NCBI GenBank assembly: GCA_951406725.2
Contig: OX597815.1
Location: 176,266,001-176,330,000 of the forward strand
DNA: 64,000 nt
Direction of reading: 5' to 3'
Origin: Octopus vulgaris
Taxonomy: Eukaryota
Position 1 is the stretch's first letter. Every line of letters starts with the position of its first letter. A model generated the notes under the pieces. It saw nothing but the letters and a program-made list of their open reading frames with translations, was not told where the DNA came from and searched no databases. The position numbers and the translations under genes are program-made. Positions 12,960-24,094 of the stretch are shown in pieces.

Positions 12960-13365
12960 ATGTGTTTGTGAAATATATAGAAATTCTGGAAAAATTTTTT
13001 CGCCGTAAATCCATGCATTCCTCTATGCAAGACCATTTCATATGGTCCGATGATCCAGAGTGACAGGCTTCCATTGTCTTTTGATTCAGGACCAATGAAG
13101 CCTCAATGGGCGACAATTCTGGTTGTGCTGGTTTCAGGGTCAACGAAGTTCTGTGAATGGTTTACCGTTCAGAGAATATAGGCAAGTTGCTGTAAATTTC
13201 TACAGCTGGGCCCATTTATCGGTAAACATATTTTCTATTAATACAGTTTCCAGTGTTGCTGTATTGCTGTCGGGTACAAGCGTGTAAAAAATCCTTTCTT
13301 GACAGTGGTGTCCTAGCACTCAACAACCCACGTTTGATGGTCTCTCCTCCCTCCTTCGAATGAAG
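12960..13365 (-). pseudogene. Merlin (IS1595/ISXO2-like) transposase relic 1
   Basis: Frameshifted GRRDHQTWVVEC.DTTVKKGF, TDKW and VNHSQNFVDPET motifs. Confidence 0.75.
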
Positions 13366-13613
13366 AAATTGGGTGAGGAATTGAAATCTTGAAGTTGCGA
13401 CTTTTGAAAATGGTTTTTTCAGAATCGGAATCTCCATTGTCTTGGTTTTCTTTTGCACCATAGATATATGACTTGTGTCCACGCTCTTCAAGATGGTCGT
13501 CCGTCTTGTTCGAGTCTCTTTCCGTCGCGGAATCTTTTGGAATTTGGTACATGCGCAGTGACGCCGAACGCGCGTGCTGAGCCTCGCTCTTAATTTTATT
13601 CTTGCTCGCCATC

Positions 13614-14146
13614 ACGTTCTGAGTTCAAATTCCGCCGAGGTCGACTTTGCCTTTCATCCTTTCAGGGTCAATAAATTAAGTACCAGTTACGCACTGGGTC
13701 GATGAAATCGACTTAATCCGTTTGTCTGTCTTTGTTTGTCCCCTCTGTGTTTAGCACCTTGTGGGTAGTAAAGAAATAGGTATTTCGTCTGCCGTTACGT
13801 TCTGAGTTCAAATTCCGCCGAGGTCGACTTTGCCTTTCATCCTTTCAGGGTCAATAAATTAAGCACCAGTTACGCACTGGGGTCGATGAAATCGACTTAA
13901 TCCGTTTGTCTGTCTTTGTTTGTCCCCTCTGTGTTTAGCACCTTGTGGGTAGTAAAGAAATAGGTATTTCGTCTGCCGTTACGTTCTGAGTTCAAATTCC
14001 GCCGAGGTCGACTTTGCCTTTCATCCTTTCAGGGTCAATAAATTAAGTACCAGTTACGCACTGGGGTCGATGAAATCGACTTAATCCGTTTGTCTGTCTT
14101 TGTTTGTCCCCTCTGTGTTTAGGCCCTTGTGGGTAGTAAAGAAATA
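13614..14146 (+). repeat. Head-to-tail trimer (~183-bp unit) of the SINE family B body and tail, with a 19-bp TSD
   Basis: Three near-identical units. TSD TTTATTCTTG(C/T)TCGCCATC at 13595-13613 and 14147-14165. Confidence 0.9.
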
Positions 14147-14201
14147 TTTATTCTTGTTCGCCATCTTTTAAAACAAGAAAATATTTCTTTGAGCCTGGTT
14201 C

Positions 14202-14480
14202 AATTTTTTTTATTATCCCTACAGACGTACATAGAAGGGATAGTACAATATGATCTGGGGGTCATATATAACGAAAGAGTTGGTTAAAAATTTAAAAACG
14301 TGATAACATCGAATGGGGCACAAAAGACATTAACAAACAATGAGGACAACATGGGGTTAAAAGTAGACAGGTTTGCTCCGACCCCACGAGCTCTGCCCTT
14401 TTAACCAACACCTTGCTTTTCCATTATGACATGCTCAAGCAGGGTCTTTCACTCCCAACATGCGTGCAACACGCGTCCAT
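14202..14480 (-). mobile_element. 5'-truncated non-LTR retroelement 3' end with a 20-bp TSD
   Basis: Identical TATTTCTTTGAGCCTGGTTC at 14182-14201 and 14481-14500. The insert ends in AATAAAAAAAA on the minus strand. Confidence 0.75.
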
Positions 14481-14799
14481 TATTTCTTTGAGCCTGGTTC
14501 GCCTTCAATTTGTTTCATAGAAAATTTGAAAAGATTTAAACAAATTGGGAGGAGGTAAAGAATACTTAGACGACGTGTTTTCGATGTTAGAGAATACGTT
14601 TATGCAAAAAGAAATTACGTTTTTAAATTTTTAATTCCCCCACCCCCAATCTTTACAAGTTTTTGACCCGAGCAAAAAAAAAAAAGGAAAATAAAATAGT
14701 GTAATAGGTGTAAAACGTGGGTTAATGCTTGCGTCTTGACCCGGAAAGGAAAATTAAAAGATGTGTGCAAAGCAGCGGGAGGGGAGGGGGTAAAGGGAC

Positions 14800-15660
14800 A
14801 ACGAAAAATCCACAAAATAAGAGCTTTTCCCTCGAAACTTTTTGGAAAATGGAGTTTATTTTTCATTGAAATTTTATGGAAATACCTTTCAAACGGCATA
14901 CATTACGATTCTAAATAAATTTGTGGGGAGAATCTTTTCCAAGAGGGTGGAGGGAAGACTTCGAAAAATTCACAAAATCCGAGCTTTTTCCCTCGTAACT
15001 TTCAGGAAAATGGAGTTTATTTTTCATTGAAATTTTATGGAAATACCTTTCAAACGGCATACATTACGATTCTAAATAAATTTGTGGGGGGAATCTTTTC
15101 CAAGAGGGTGGAGGGAAGACTTCGAAAAATCCACAAGATCAGAGCTTTTTCCCTCGTAACTTTTAGGAAAATGGCTTGTTTTTCAATTTTACTAGTTTCA
15201 GTCATTTGACTGCGGCCATACTGGAGCACCGCCTTTAGTCGAGCACATCGACCCCAGGACTTATTCTTTGTAAGCCTAGTACTTATTCTATCGTTCTCTT
15301 TTGCCGAACCGCTAGTTTACGTGGACGTAAACACACCACCATCGGTTGTCAAGCGATATTGGGGGTACAAACACAGACACACATACATATACATACGGGC
15401 TTCTTTCAGCTTCCGTCTACCAAATCCACTCACAAGGCTTTGGTCGGCCCGAGGCTGTAGTAGAAGACACTTGCCACGCAGTGGGAATGAACCTGGAACC
15501 ATGTGGTTGGTAAGCAAGCTACTTACCACACAGCCACTCCTGCGTCTGGTATTTTATAAAAATACCTTTCAAATGATTATAAAAGAAATTTGTAGGGAAA
15601 ATCTTTTCCAAGGCGGTGGAGAGAGGACTTCGTAAAATTCACAAGATCCGAGCATTTCTT
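14800..15660. repeat. ~160-bp tandem repeat (about 3 copies) interrupted by a SINE
   Basis: The unit CGAAAAAT(C/T)CACAA..GAGCTTTT..TACCTTTCAAA recurs at 14802, 14962 and 15123, and resumes after 15545. Confidence 0.8.
15183..15545 (-). mobile_element. tRNA-derived SINE family A
   Basis: Reverse complement of the full-length copy at 53362-53788. Confidence 0.85.
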
Positions 15661-15864
15661 TCGTTATATTCCGAAATCACATTCAACTTTCTACAGATAC
15701 CCTAGCGTAGTACCACTACACTACGTAGTGTTTTTTTCTACCCACTTTCAATAAGTATTAATTTTTGGCTTCAATTATTATTTCATATTTTCTTCAATTA
15801 TTCTTACGCTTTTTTAAACCTTCCGTCGTTATTCTCCTTCACTTGGTTATTACTTTCTCTTTCT

Positions 15865-15897
<33 letters not shown>

Positions 15898-15899
<2 letters not shown>

Positions 15900-17865
15900 G
15901 GAGTAAACACATAAATGTGAAACAAGGTGGAAAAAAGAGTACTCAAATACCAGTGGTAGAGTAATATGCTTTATTTTAAGCAGCAGAAAATTCAACAAAA
16001 TCTGTTACTCTGAGTTTCTCGTTGCCGTTCATCAGACAGTTTTTGCTAGAATGGAACTTATATATTAATTCAATCTATACTCTTACAAACGCTACACCTT
16101 TAAAAAGAAATGGACTTGTTTGATTGGCCCTTTAGAAAAAACGGTCAATCTTCGAGCGATAAACAAAAAGGTCAAAAATATATGTATATATATATAAAAA
16201 AACTTATAAAAATTATAAAATCCGAGGAAAAAACCGAGGAAAAAACCTATTGCCGTTAATGAAGACAGTGCAAATTAATGCATAGAAATTAAACCTGTTA
16301 TAAATACTGCAATACATATTTATATTAAAATCTACATATATATATCAACATACACAAAAGGATGCGCGTAAACGCCATACATACATATACAGACGTATGA
16401 ATATGAATCTAAATATACACATAAAAGCATGTGTACATATATTCACGCAAACCGTCTCGCACGCAAGCTAAAATTCATCTATGTAGCAATTCTCATATAC
16501 TGAGCAAGGAGGGGGAACGAAAGAAAGGGAAAGAGAGAAAAAGGAACGAAGGAGGGGTGGGGAAAAAACTTGTAACGATGTTATTGGCATCTATAGAGAC
16601 CAGTATACATACACATGTTTGAATGGATACATATACATACCGTCGTGTATATGTGTGCTTAAGCACAAGCATACTTTCACTTACACATACACAGATACGC
16701 ATGCTTACAAATACATATGCTTTGCTATACACATACTTATATAAATATTCTAATTTTGACAACATTGCTTTTTTTTAAAAAAAACATTGCTTTTAAAAAA
16801 TGGGTGCATTAATAAAAATATATACGAAAGACATATAAAATAAAATATAACATCCTATTTTGGGTCATTTATAAATAATCAAGGTAATATAAAATAATCA
16901 AGGTAATCCTATGCAATACAATAACATGAAAACAAAGTTTGTAGGTTTTTCCTAATATATATGTAGAAACATAAGACTTTGCTATACGGATTAATATCCG
17001 CGTAGCTTGGAAACAGAATCAAAATCCGTCATAGCGCTCAAGAGTCAAAATCAAAATCAAAAATACAAAATATATACTCTATCCATATGGTATATTTATA
17101 TTCGACATTTTAAATTTAGCCGCGTGCCTACATAAGTTCATTAACTCACTTCTTTGATTCAAAGAATTATTGTCTTTGAATAAGATGTGCATTTTTTCTA
17201 ATAGGCAAAGTCTGCACTTGAAATTATATTTGTAAGCTCCATGCCTGTATGGTGCCGCCCTGTCCAGAATGCTCCATGTCACGTTGAAAGGTGGGGCTTC
17301 CTTTTCTTTTAGTTCCCAGACATATTTTGCTAGGCTGGTTTTCTTCCTATTCTCTGGGTATTTAAAAGAATTTTTATGAGAATAAAATCTTGTTTTAAAT
17401 GAATTTTCTGAAGCCCCTGTGTATGTCTTGTATTCCGATGAGCCTTCCACTTGCACCTTGGCTCTATAAACTACTCCTTTCACCAGACATTTCCCTTCTA
17501 ACGGACAGGAGCTTTCGTTTTTGAAATTACATTTCTTAATGGGCTCGGCACCATGTCTAATCTCAATTAGCTTCCTATTATGTTGGCTAATGTAAGAGGC
17601 GAAATTTCTGCAACAAGAATAGCTAACCTTCAGGGTTCTTCTATTAAATATTCTGTAGAATTTATGACCCTGCTTAAAATGCTTAGAGACTAATCTCAAA
17701 AATTCCTTACCTATATTAGTCTTTACGGCCAAATTGAAAGCCGGGTTGAACCACAAAACTTTCCTGGTCCTAGTTCTTCGTGCAGCATTATTATTAGCAT
17801 TAAGCTGGTTGAACTGGATCTTCTCCGAGAATCCACTATTCTTTAATGCGCTATCGTAATAAGGT
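15898..17865 (-). mobile_element. 5'-truncated Penelope-like element (Naiad-type): RT thumb, GIY-YIG endonuclease, 3' UTR/pLTR
   Basis: Open frame 17079-~17865 with WFNP..TNIG..FL..KHF, KVSYSC, CPLEGKC, GVVY..YTG and CRLCLLEK..ELMNLCRH. Ends in a hammerhead-bearing pLTR next to (TA)n. Confidence 0.9.
16001..16040 (-). ncRNA. Minimal type I hammerhead ribozyme in the Penelope pLTR
   Basis: ctgt-CTGATGA-acg gcaa cga-GAAA-ctcaga-GTA-acag, with stem I ctgt/acag. Confidence 0.8.
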
Positions 17866-18219
17866 TTTTATTATATGTGCATATACAATTATTTATAGAG
17901 ATTATTTTAGATCTTAATTATAATATTTATATACATTTATATATTTTCATTGATAATTTATATATATTAGTCATTTTAAATATTTATGTAATTAGATATA
18001 GACTAATATTGATATTAGATTATGGGTGGGTTTCCTACCTTATAAATTAAAATTAATATTTAACATTATAGTTGATTTGGATTTAATCATAATTGTTAAG
18101 TTCTATGTCTCTAGTTTGATAATAGAGTTTATTATAAGTAAAATTATTATATTATATATATTATTTATATCTTAAAAATATTGTTTAAATATTTCTGATT
18201 ATATTTTAGATATTTCAAT

Positions 18220-18282
18220 CACCTGAAGAATAACTGTAACTCGAATTTTTACGAATTGGACAGCCATGAAACGATTGTAGTG
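18220..18282 (+). ncRNA. Hammerhead ribozyme motif (Penelope-related element)
   Basis: cac-CTGAAGA-ataactgt..acagccat-GAAA-cgatt-GTA-gtg. Stem II is partly mutated. Confidence 0.65.
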
Positions 18283-18515
18283 TTATATACTCTTTATTTG
18301 TTTCAGTTATTTGACTGCGGCCATGCTGGAGCACCGCCTTTAGTCGAGCAGATCGCTTACGGGACTTATTCTTTGTAAGCCCAGTACTTATTCTATCGGT
18401 CTCTTTTACCGAACCGCTAATAATTTTGATATATATTTAAAATAATATAAATTAATTAATCTTAGGTATTGGCTTAAGTTTTTCATTGTATGATTTGCCT
18501 AATAGTGGTTTTATC

Positions 18516-18550
<35 letters not shown>

Positions 18551-18614
18551 CAGTGGTGCCCCAGCATGGCCGCAGCCTTCGGGCTAAAACATTTTAAAGG
18601 ATTTTAAGGATTTG

Positions 18615-18645
<31 letters not shown>

Positions 18646-18938
18646 GTTTCCGAATTACATTAGATTGAAAAAATCAAATAAGTTCGAAGAGAATAATAAA
18701 CGAATGCTGAAGTTATAAAAGTTACTATTAAACGATGTCTGGGCAAAATAAACCATGTTTCTTTGAAACAAGTCACTATATTAAAACAATATCTTTTACA
18801 TACCTGCTAAAATTACTGGATATATAGATCCCAGGATATATAAGATGCAAAACCGTTTTGAAATGGCATCAAGTGTTTCCACTTCCCCTTGGAAATTTTT
18901 CGCGCCAAAATTTTAAGTGGGTAACTTGTACATTTCAA

Positions 18939-19358
18939 GGATCTTTTCGGTTTGAACGGCAGTTTTTTCTAGCGGTGTCATATGAAATTGTCACCCATAA
19001 TTATAACCCTAGTATCGACCTATTGCATTTCAATCTGTTTTAGGGTTAGGGTCAGGGGTGGGAGGGGGAGGGTAATTTTTTTTCTTCAGAAATGTAAAGA
19101 AACCCAATCTGTTTTTAAAACGAGGGACATATTCATACGGCACAGAATGTTTTTCACCTCAATAGACGTCATTGATTGGTTGAAATTGCAGAAATTGAAG
19201 AAAAAAAACAACAAATATCTTACAAACTATAGAATTTTCTCAATAAAGCCAAGAGAAAAAGATGTTTTATAAACACATTCTACCAGTATACGAAGTTTTA
19301 AAGCGTTTAGTTACGTGGAAATTATTTTAAAAAACTGCCGTTCAAACCGAAAGGATCC
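18939..19358. mobile_element. Merlin-type MITE 1
   Basis: ~30-bp TIR GGATCTTTTCGGTTTGAACGGCAGTTTTTT and 8-bp TSD CATTTC(A/G)A. Internal TTAGGG-like repeats. Confidence 0.85.
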
Positions 19359-19559
19359 CATTTCGATTTTGTGTGGAGAGAGAGAGTGAGTGAGTAAAGG
19401 TGTGTTTTGTCATTTCTTTTTTCTTTTTTGCTTGTACAAAATAAATTTTGAAATGCAGATTTTTTTGCAGATTCGGAATCTCTGCCCTCGATATAGTGTG
19501 TTCATATAAAAATGAAACAAAAAAATTACCCCAAAACGGGTGCGGTCCATGATCTTTAC

Positions 19560-20522
19560 AACCTCTGATTTGTACATACCCCGGTGATCGATCTATGAAA
19601 TTTTGGGAATGATTTACCGTTTGGTGAATGTATCCGAGTATGTGGAGATTACAATAGCTTGCCAGAATCTTTACCTTTTGACCTACAGATTTAAAAAATA
19701 AATTTTTGTAACTAAACACTTTCAAACTTCGGACACTTGTAGAATGTGTCATATAAGACATCTTTTACTCTTAGCATTCTTGAGAAAAACTTATATTTAC
19801 GAAGTTATTTCACGTTAAAGTTCTCGTATTTCGGTAATTTCAACCAATCAATGACGTGTATTCAGTTGAATAAAATTACTGCTGTTGTTTGTCAACTATC
19901 GGCGGTATATTTTTCGTTTGTCACTGTTATTTATGACATCATTCGTGCGTTTGTACTGCTTTTAAGGTTTTAGGGTTAGGGCTAGGGTGTTAGGATTAGG
20001 GTTAGGGTTGTCATAAATAACAGTGACAAACGAAATATACACTGCCGGAAGTTCTTGTTGACAAACAACAGCAGTAATTTTATACAACTGAATACACGTC
20101 ATTGATTGGTTGAAATTACCAAAATACGAGAACTTTAACGTGAAATAACTTCGTAAATATAAATTTTTCTCAAAAATGCTAAGAATAAAAGATGTTTTAT
20201 ATGACACATTCTACCAGTGTCCAAAGTCTGAAAGTGTTTAGTTACAAAAAATTGTTTTTTAAATCTGTAGGTCAAAAGGTAAAGATCCGCTTGCCAAATT
20301 GTCAGTCATAACAGTAGTTCCTGGAAGGACGTTTTATCTGATAACATTCTCCAACCTCTCTGTACTCCTCTTGGGTACACGTTGAAGAAATCCTTTTTTG
20401 GTTGTGGTGTCATAACATCTAACAACCCAAGTTTTGCGACACATTCTTCCTTCATTATTCTTGCTATTGAAAGAAAAGCTTTCATCGATCTCCACTATAT
20501 GATCCAGACCACCAATATATGT
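19560..20522 (-). pseudogene. Merlin transposase relic 2, split by MITE 2
   Basis: IGGLDHIVEIDES..GR..WVV..VP.R...L..VI..NVLPGTTVMTDNL | ASYCNL..GYIHQTVNHSQNFID reads continuously once the MITE and one TSD are removed. Confidence 0.88.
19665..20288. mobile_element. Merlin-type foldback MITE 2
   Basis: ~270-bp inverted arms around a TTAGGG-like spacer. Perfect 8-bp TSD GCTTGCCA at 19657-19664 and 20289-20296. Confidence 0.92.
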
Positions 20523-21049
20523 ACTATGCAGGCCAAAAAAGAAAAAAAGGCAATTTTTCAGAGTAACACCTGCACAATTTTCACTAAGAAAAAAAAGACT
20601 TGGATTTTTGCATGGAATCAAGTACCCTGACCTTCTAATATGCTGCAAATCCCTTATTTTGGTTTGGAAAAAGTGGGGGCGAAGGGGACCCCCCACCCAG
20701 GTCCCGGATTCATTGGAATTTTTTGTTGAATGTATCCCTGTGACATCCAAATATGCTACAAAACCCTTTTTGGGGTTTGAAAAACGGAGTGGGGTGAGGT
20801 GGAAGCCTTGGAAATTTCACCCACCCCCATTGATCTTTTCAGGGTTAGGGTTTTACGGTTAGGGAAATCTGTCCCGGATTTTTTTTTCACTTTGTAAAAA
20901 TCGTGTTGGTGAAAAGATCAATGGGAGTGCAGGGGGATCACGGGAAGGTCAATGGAGAAAGTTTCTGTATGTGGAAGATGCACCAGAGCCATAAAGACCA
21001 AGGTCACACAGAAAAATTATTTTTTTAAATGCCCAGGAGGCTGCCTAGG

Positions 21050-21800
21050 GATAGCAGATAGTTTCTGCTAATTAGGTGAACTAATTAGCGGTGGAGGAGG
21101 ATGTTCTGAAAGTGAAGTTGCTAGAATAAGAATAGGATAGAGAAAGTTCAAAGAGCTATGTTATCCCTGTTGACAACAAATGGTCTCTGAATGAAAGGCA
21201 GATTGTATGGTGCTTGCATGTGTACAGTTACGGTACATGGTATTAAGATATGGAAAAGACGGAGAGCTGGCAGAAACGTTAGCACGTCAGGCGAAATGCT
21301 CAGCGGTATTTCATCTGCCGTTACATTCTGAGTTCAAATTCCGCCGAGGTCGACTTTACCTTTCATCCTTTCGGGGTCGATAAATTAAGTACCAGTTACG
21401 CACTGGGGTTGATGTAATCGACTTAATACCTATGTCTGTCCTTGTTTGTCCCCTCTACATTTAGCCCCTTGTGGGTAATAAAGAAATAGGTATTGAGATA
21501 TGGAACCTGAATACTGAGGAAAAGCGAAGACTAGCAAGGAATGAGGCTAGTATGCTTCAGTAGATGAGCTTATTTGACAAATTGAAAATGCATTGAGAAA
21601 AAAGCTAGGTATAAGAGGACTCAGATATAATGTTCAAGAGAGAAGATTGGATTGGTCTAGTGATGGATGAGGGCATTTGCTGAATGCTTAAAAAGGATGG
21701 AACTTATAGAAGAGGGAAAACATGGGACAAAATAGTGAAGGCTGATTTGAAGATGAACGACCATAAGATAACTGGCATTTTGCTGTACTCAAGAAGACTC
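21050..21800 (+). mobile_element. Decayed RTE LINE 3' region, interrupted by a SINE B copy
   Basis: Homologous to the 940-1340 fragment (RIRIG..KFKEL..KGRLYGAC). Continues with a RRGKTWDKIV-like terminal motif. Confidence 0.7.
21256..21488 (+). mobile_element. tRNA-derived SINE family B, full length, 17-bp TSD
   Basis: A-box-like GAGCTGGCAGAAACG, B box GAGTTCAAATTCC and a central CCTTTCATCCTTTCGGGGTCGATAAA domain. TSD GGTATT(A/G)AGATATGGAA. Confidence 0.88.
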
Positions 21801-21900
21801 TTCCATTACAGCAAAAATGGTCTCCTAAAACCACTTGATTATGCTCATACATACATGTGCGGTGTTGCCCTCTACCCATCTATGGTACTATTTGACTGCT

Positions 21901-22036
21901 CGTTCTGAGTTCAAACTCTGCCTTTCATCCTTTTGGGGTTGATTAAATAAGTACCAGTTACGGACTGGGGTTGATATAATCGACTTAATCCGTTTGTCCT
22001 CTCTATGTTTAGCCCCTTGTGGGTAGTAAAGAAATA
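21901..22036 (+). mobile_element. 5'-truncated SINE B with a 17-bp TSD
   Basis: TSD GGTACTATTTGACTGCT at 21884-21900 and 22037-22053. Confidence 0.85.
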
Positions 22037-23387
22037 GGTACTATTTGACTGCTGTGCTCACCAGAGACCAGAATTGACACATATTTACATCCCATTCCCT
22101 CCCTAAATCTCCTCCATTCCTCATCATCCCTGTCCAGTGACGCAAAAAATGCACTCAGTGACCTTTATAAGGGGGTTGGTATTAAGGAGGACATCTGACC
22201 ATAGAAATCATGTTCCAGATGACATTGGGTCATCATGATACACTCTTGCAGCTCTCAGATTCCCTGTCAGACAGACTTATCCATGTCAGACAGAGGGTGA
22301 AATCAATTGATATTGAAATATACATTCCTTGTGTACTCCACACAAAGTAAACCTGTTTCTCCTATGTTCATTGAATTGCCTGTGTGTGTCTTAATAGTGA
22401 GTTACTGGTGGTTTTGGAACAATGGTTCCGATTATAGCAAGTGGTATTTAAGTACCCAACTGATTCTAATTGTAGTATGTGTGCGTGTGTGTGTGTATGT
22501 TAGTAGATATGTATGTATGTATATATATATATATGTATATAGGGGGAGAGTTCCTGAAAAAAACAAAAGACGAAGACAGGTGGTATAGAAAACAAACTGA
22601 TGTATTAGTATAACGCTCAGGAATTGAAAAAGTCTTTTATGTTTTGAGCCTATGCTCTTCTACAGAAAGAGACACAGAAAGAAACAAGGAGAGAAAAAAG
22701 AATGTGTGTAGTGGCTACTGATCTATGAGGACAGCTTCATAAAAATTGCTGAGCTGTAATTGTGGAGGGTACCCGTGGAAGGAGTAGACCCAGGAAGACA
22801 TGGAACAAAGTGGTGAGAAATGATTTTCAGACACTGGTCCACACTGAGGAAAGGACAAGGGACCAGGAGATGTGGCGATTTGCTGTACTTGATAAGAGGC
22901 ATCAAGGCCTGTCGACATAAAAATCACTCGTGCTGGTGCTGCCTAAATGCTCCCTTGTTGGTGGCACATAGAATGCACCCAACACCCTTTGTTAAGTGGT
23001 TGGCATTAGGAAGGGCATTCAGCTGTAGAAACCCTGCCACAAGACATTTGGAGTCTGGACAGCTCCCAACTGGTCAGCTCTATGTCATACCATCCCAGCC
23101 ATGCCATGCCAGCATGAGTGCAGATAAGTGTTTAGAATGGAGCATAGTAGAGGGGGGAGAGAGAGAAGTGGCTGAAGGCACAGAAGTGGGATGATTGGTT
23201 GAAATAGTGTGGACAGGGATGATGAGGAATGGAGGAGATTTAGGGAGGGAATGCCAGCATGGAAAGCAGACGTTAAATATTGATAATGGTAAGACACACA
23301 CACACACACGGTTGTGTGTATGCTGTTGAAAGAAATTATGTTGTTTGCAGAAAATAAAACAAGAAATTACTTACAAACAAATATAAA

Positions 23388-23393
23388 TTTATT
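23388..23393 (-). promoter_or_regulatory. Candidate HLCS polyadenylation signal AATAAA
   Basis: TTTATT on the + strand about 60 bp past the stop codon. The AT-rich context makes a chance match possible. Confidence 0.4.
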
Positions 23394-23453
23394 GAAAATA
23401 TTATTCTGTAATTACAAGTTTCTTAAGCGTTTCTGCGAATTCATTGAAAAAAG

Positions 23454-23637
23454 TCATGTCCGTTTCTTGAAAATTAAGCGCTGTTTTACATCCATACTAT
23501 ATTGCAGGGAATTCAGGCTGATTTGCTTTTGTTCCTTTTCTTCAATAACCGAAAGATGACCCTGAGAGTCCAGGCCACACACTTTGACATCGATATTCTT
23601 TCCGTTTTCAGTTTCCAAAGAGAATTTATTTATATTT
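23454..23637 (-). CDS. HLCS: HLCS terminal exon: NINKFSLETENGKNIDVKVCGLDSQGHLSV...KRT-stop
   Basis: TTCTAG acceptor, phase 2 entry, ends at TGA. 'V.GLD..G.L.V' matches the BPL C-terminal domain. Confidence 0.88.
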
Positions 23638-23820
23638 CTAGAAAACGAAAAGAATGGTAACATTACAAAATGAGTTGAGTTTTGACAAGCAAAAACACAT
23701 TATTAGTAACTGAAGGTAGTGAAAGGGGTGGTGGTGAGAGTCAGCCTGTTTGCTTCAGACTATAAAACAATGAGAGAAAGCAGAGTACATCCTACCAAGT
23801 CATATCCACCTGTGTGTGTG

Positions 23821-23881
<61 letters not shown>

Positions 23882-24048
23882 ATGTATATGATATATATGT
23901 ATATATTTATCGTCCAACCCATGCTAGCATGGAAAGTGGATGTTGAACGAAGATGATGATGATGAATATTTTAAAATTCTAATCTATTCTCCATGTATTT
24001 TAAACTTCATTTCTGGTATATTTCCACATGTTTGGATTAATAACAATT

Positions 24049-24094
<46 letters not shown>

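Noticed and set aside
13614-14146. CRISPR-like or regular array
   Set aside because: No unique spacers. The units are SINE sequence in a eukaryotic context.
19962-20008. True telomere or chromosome fusion site
   Set aside because: Short, degenerate and internal to a TSD-flanked MITE.
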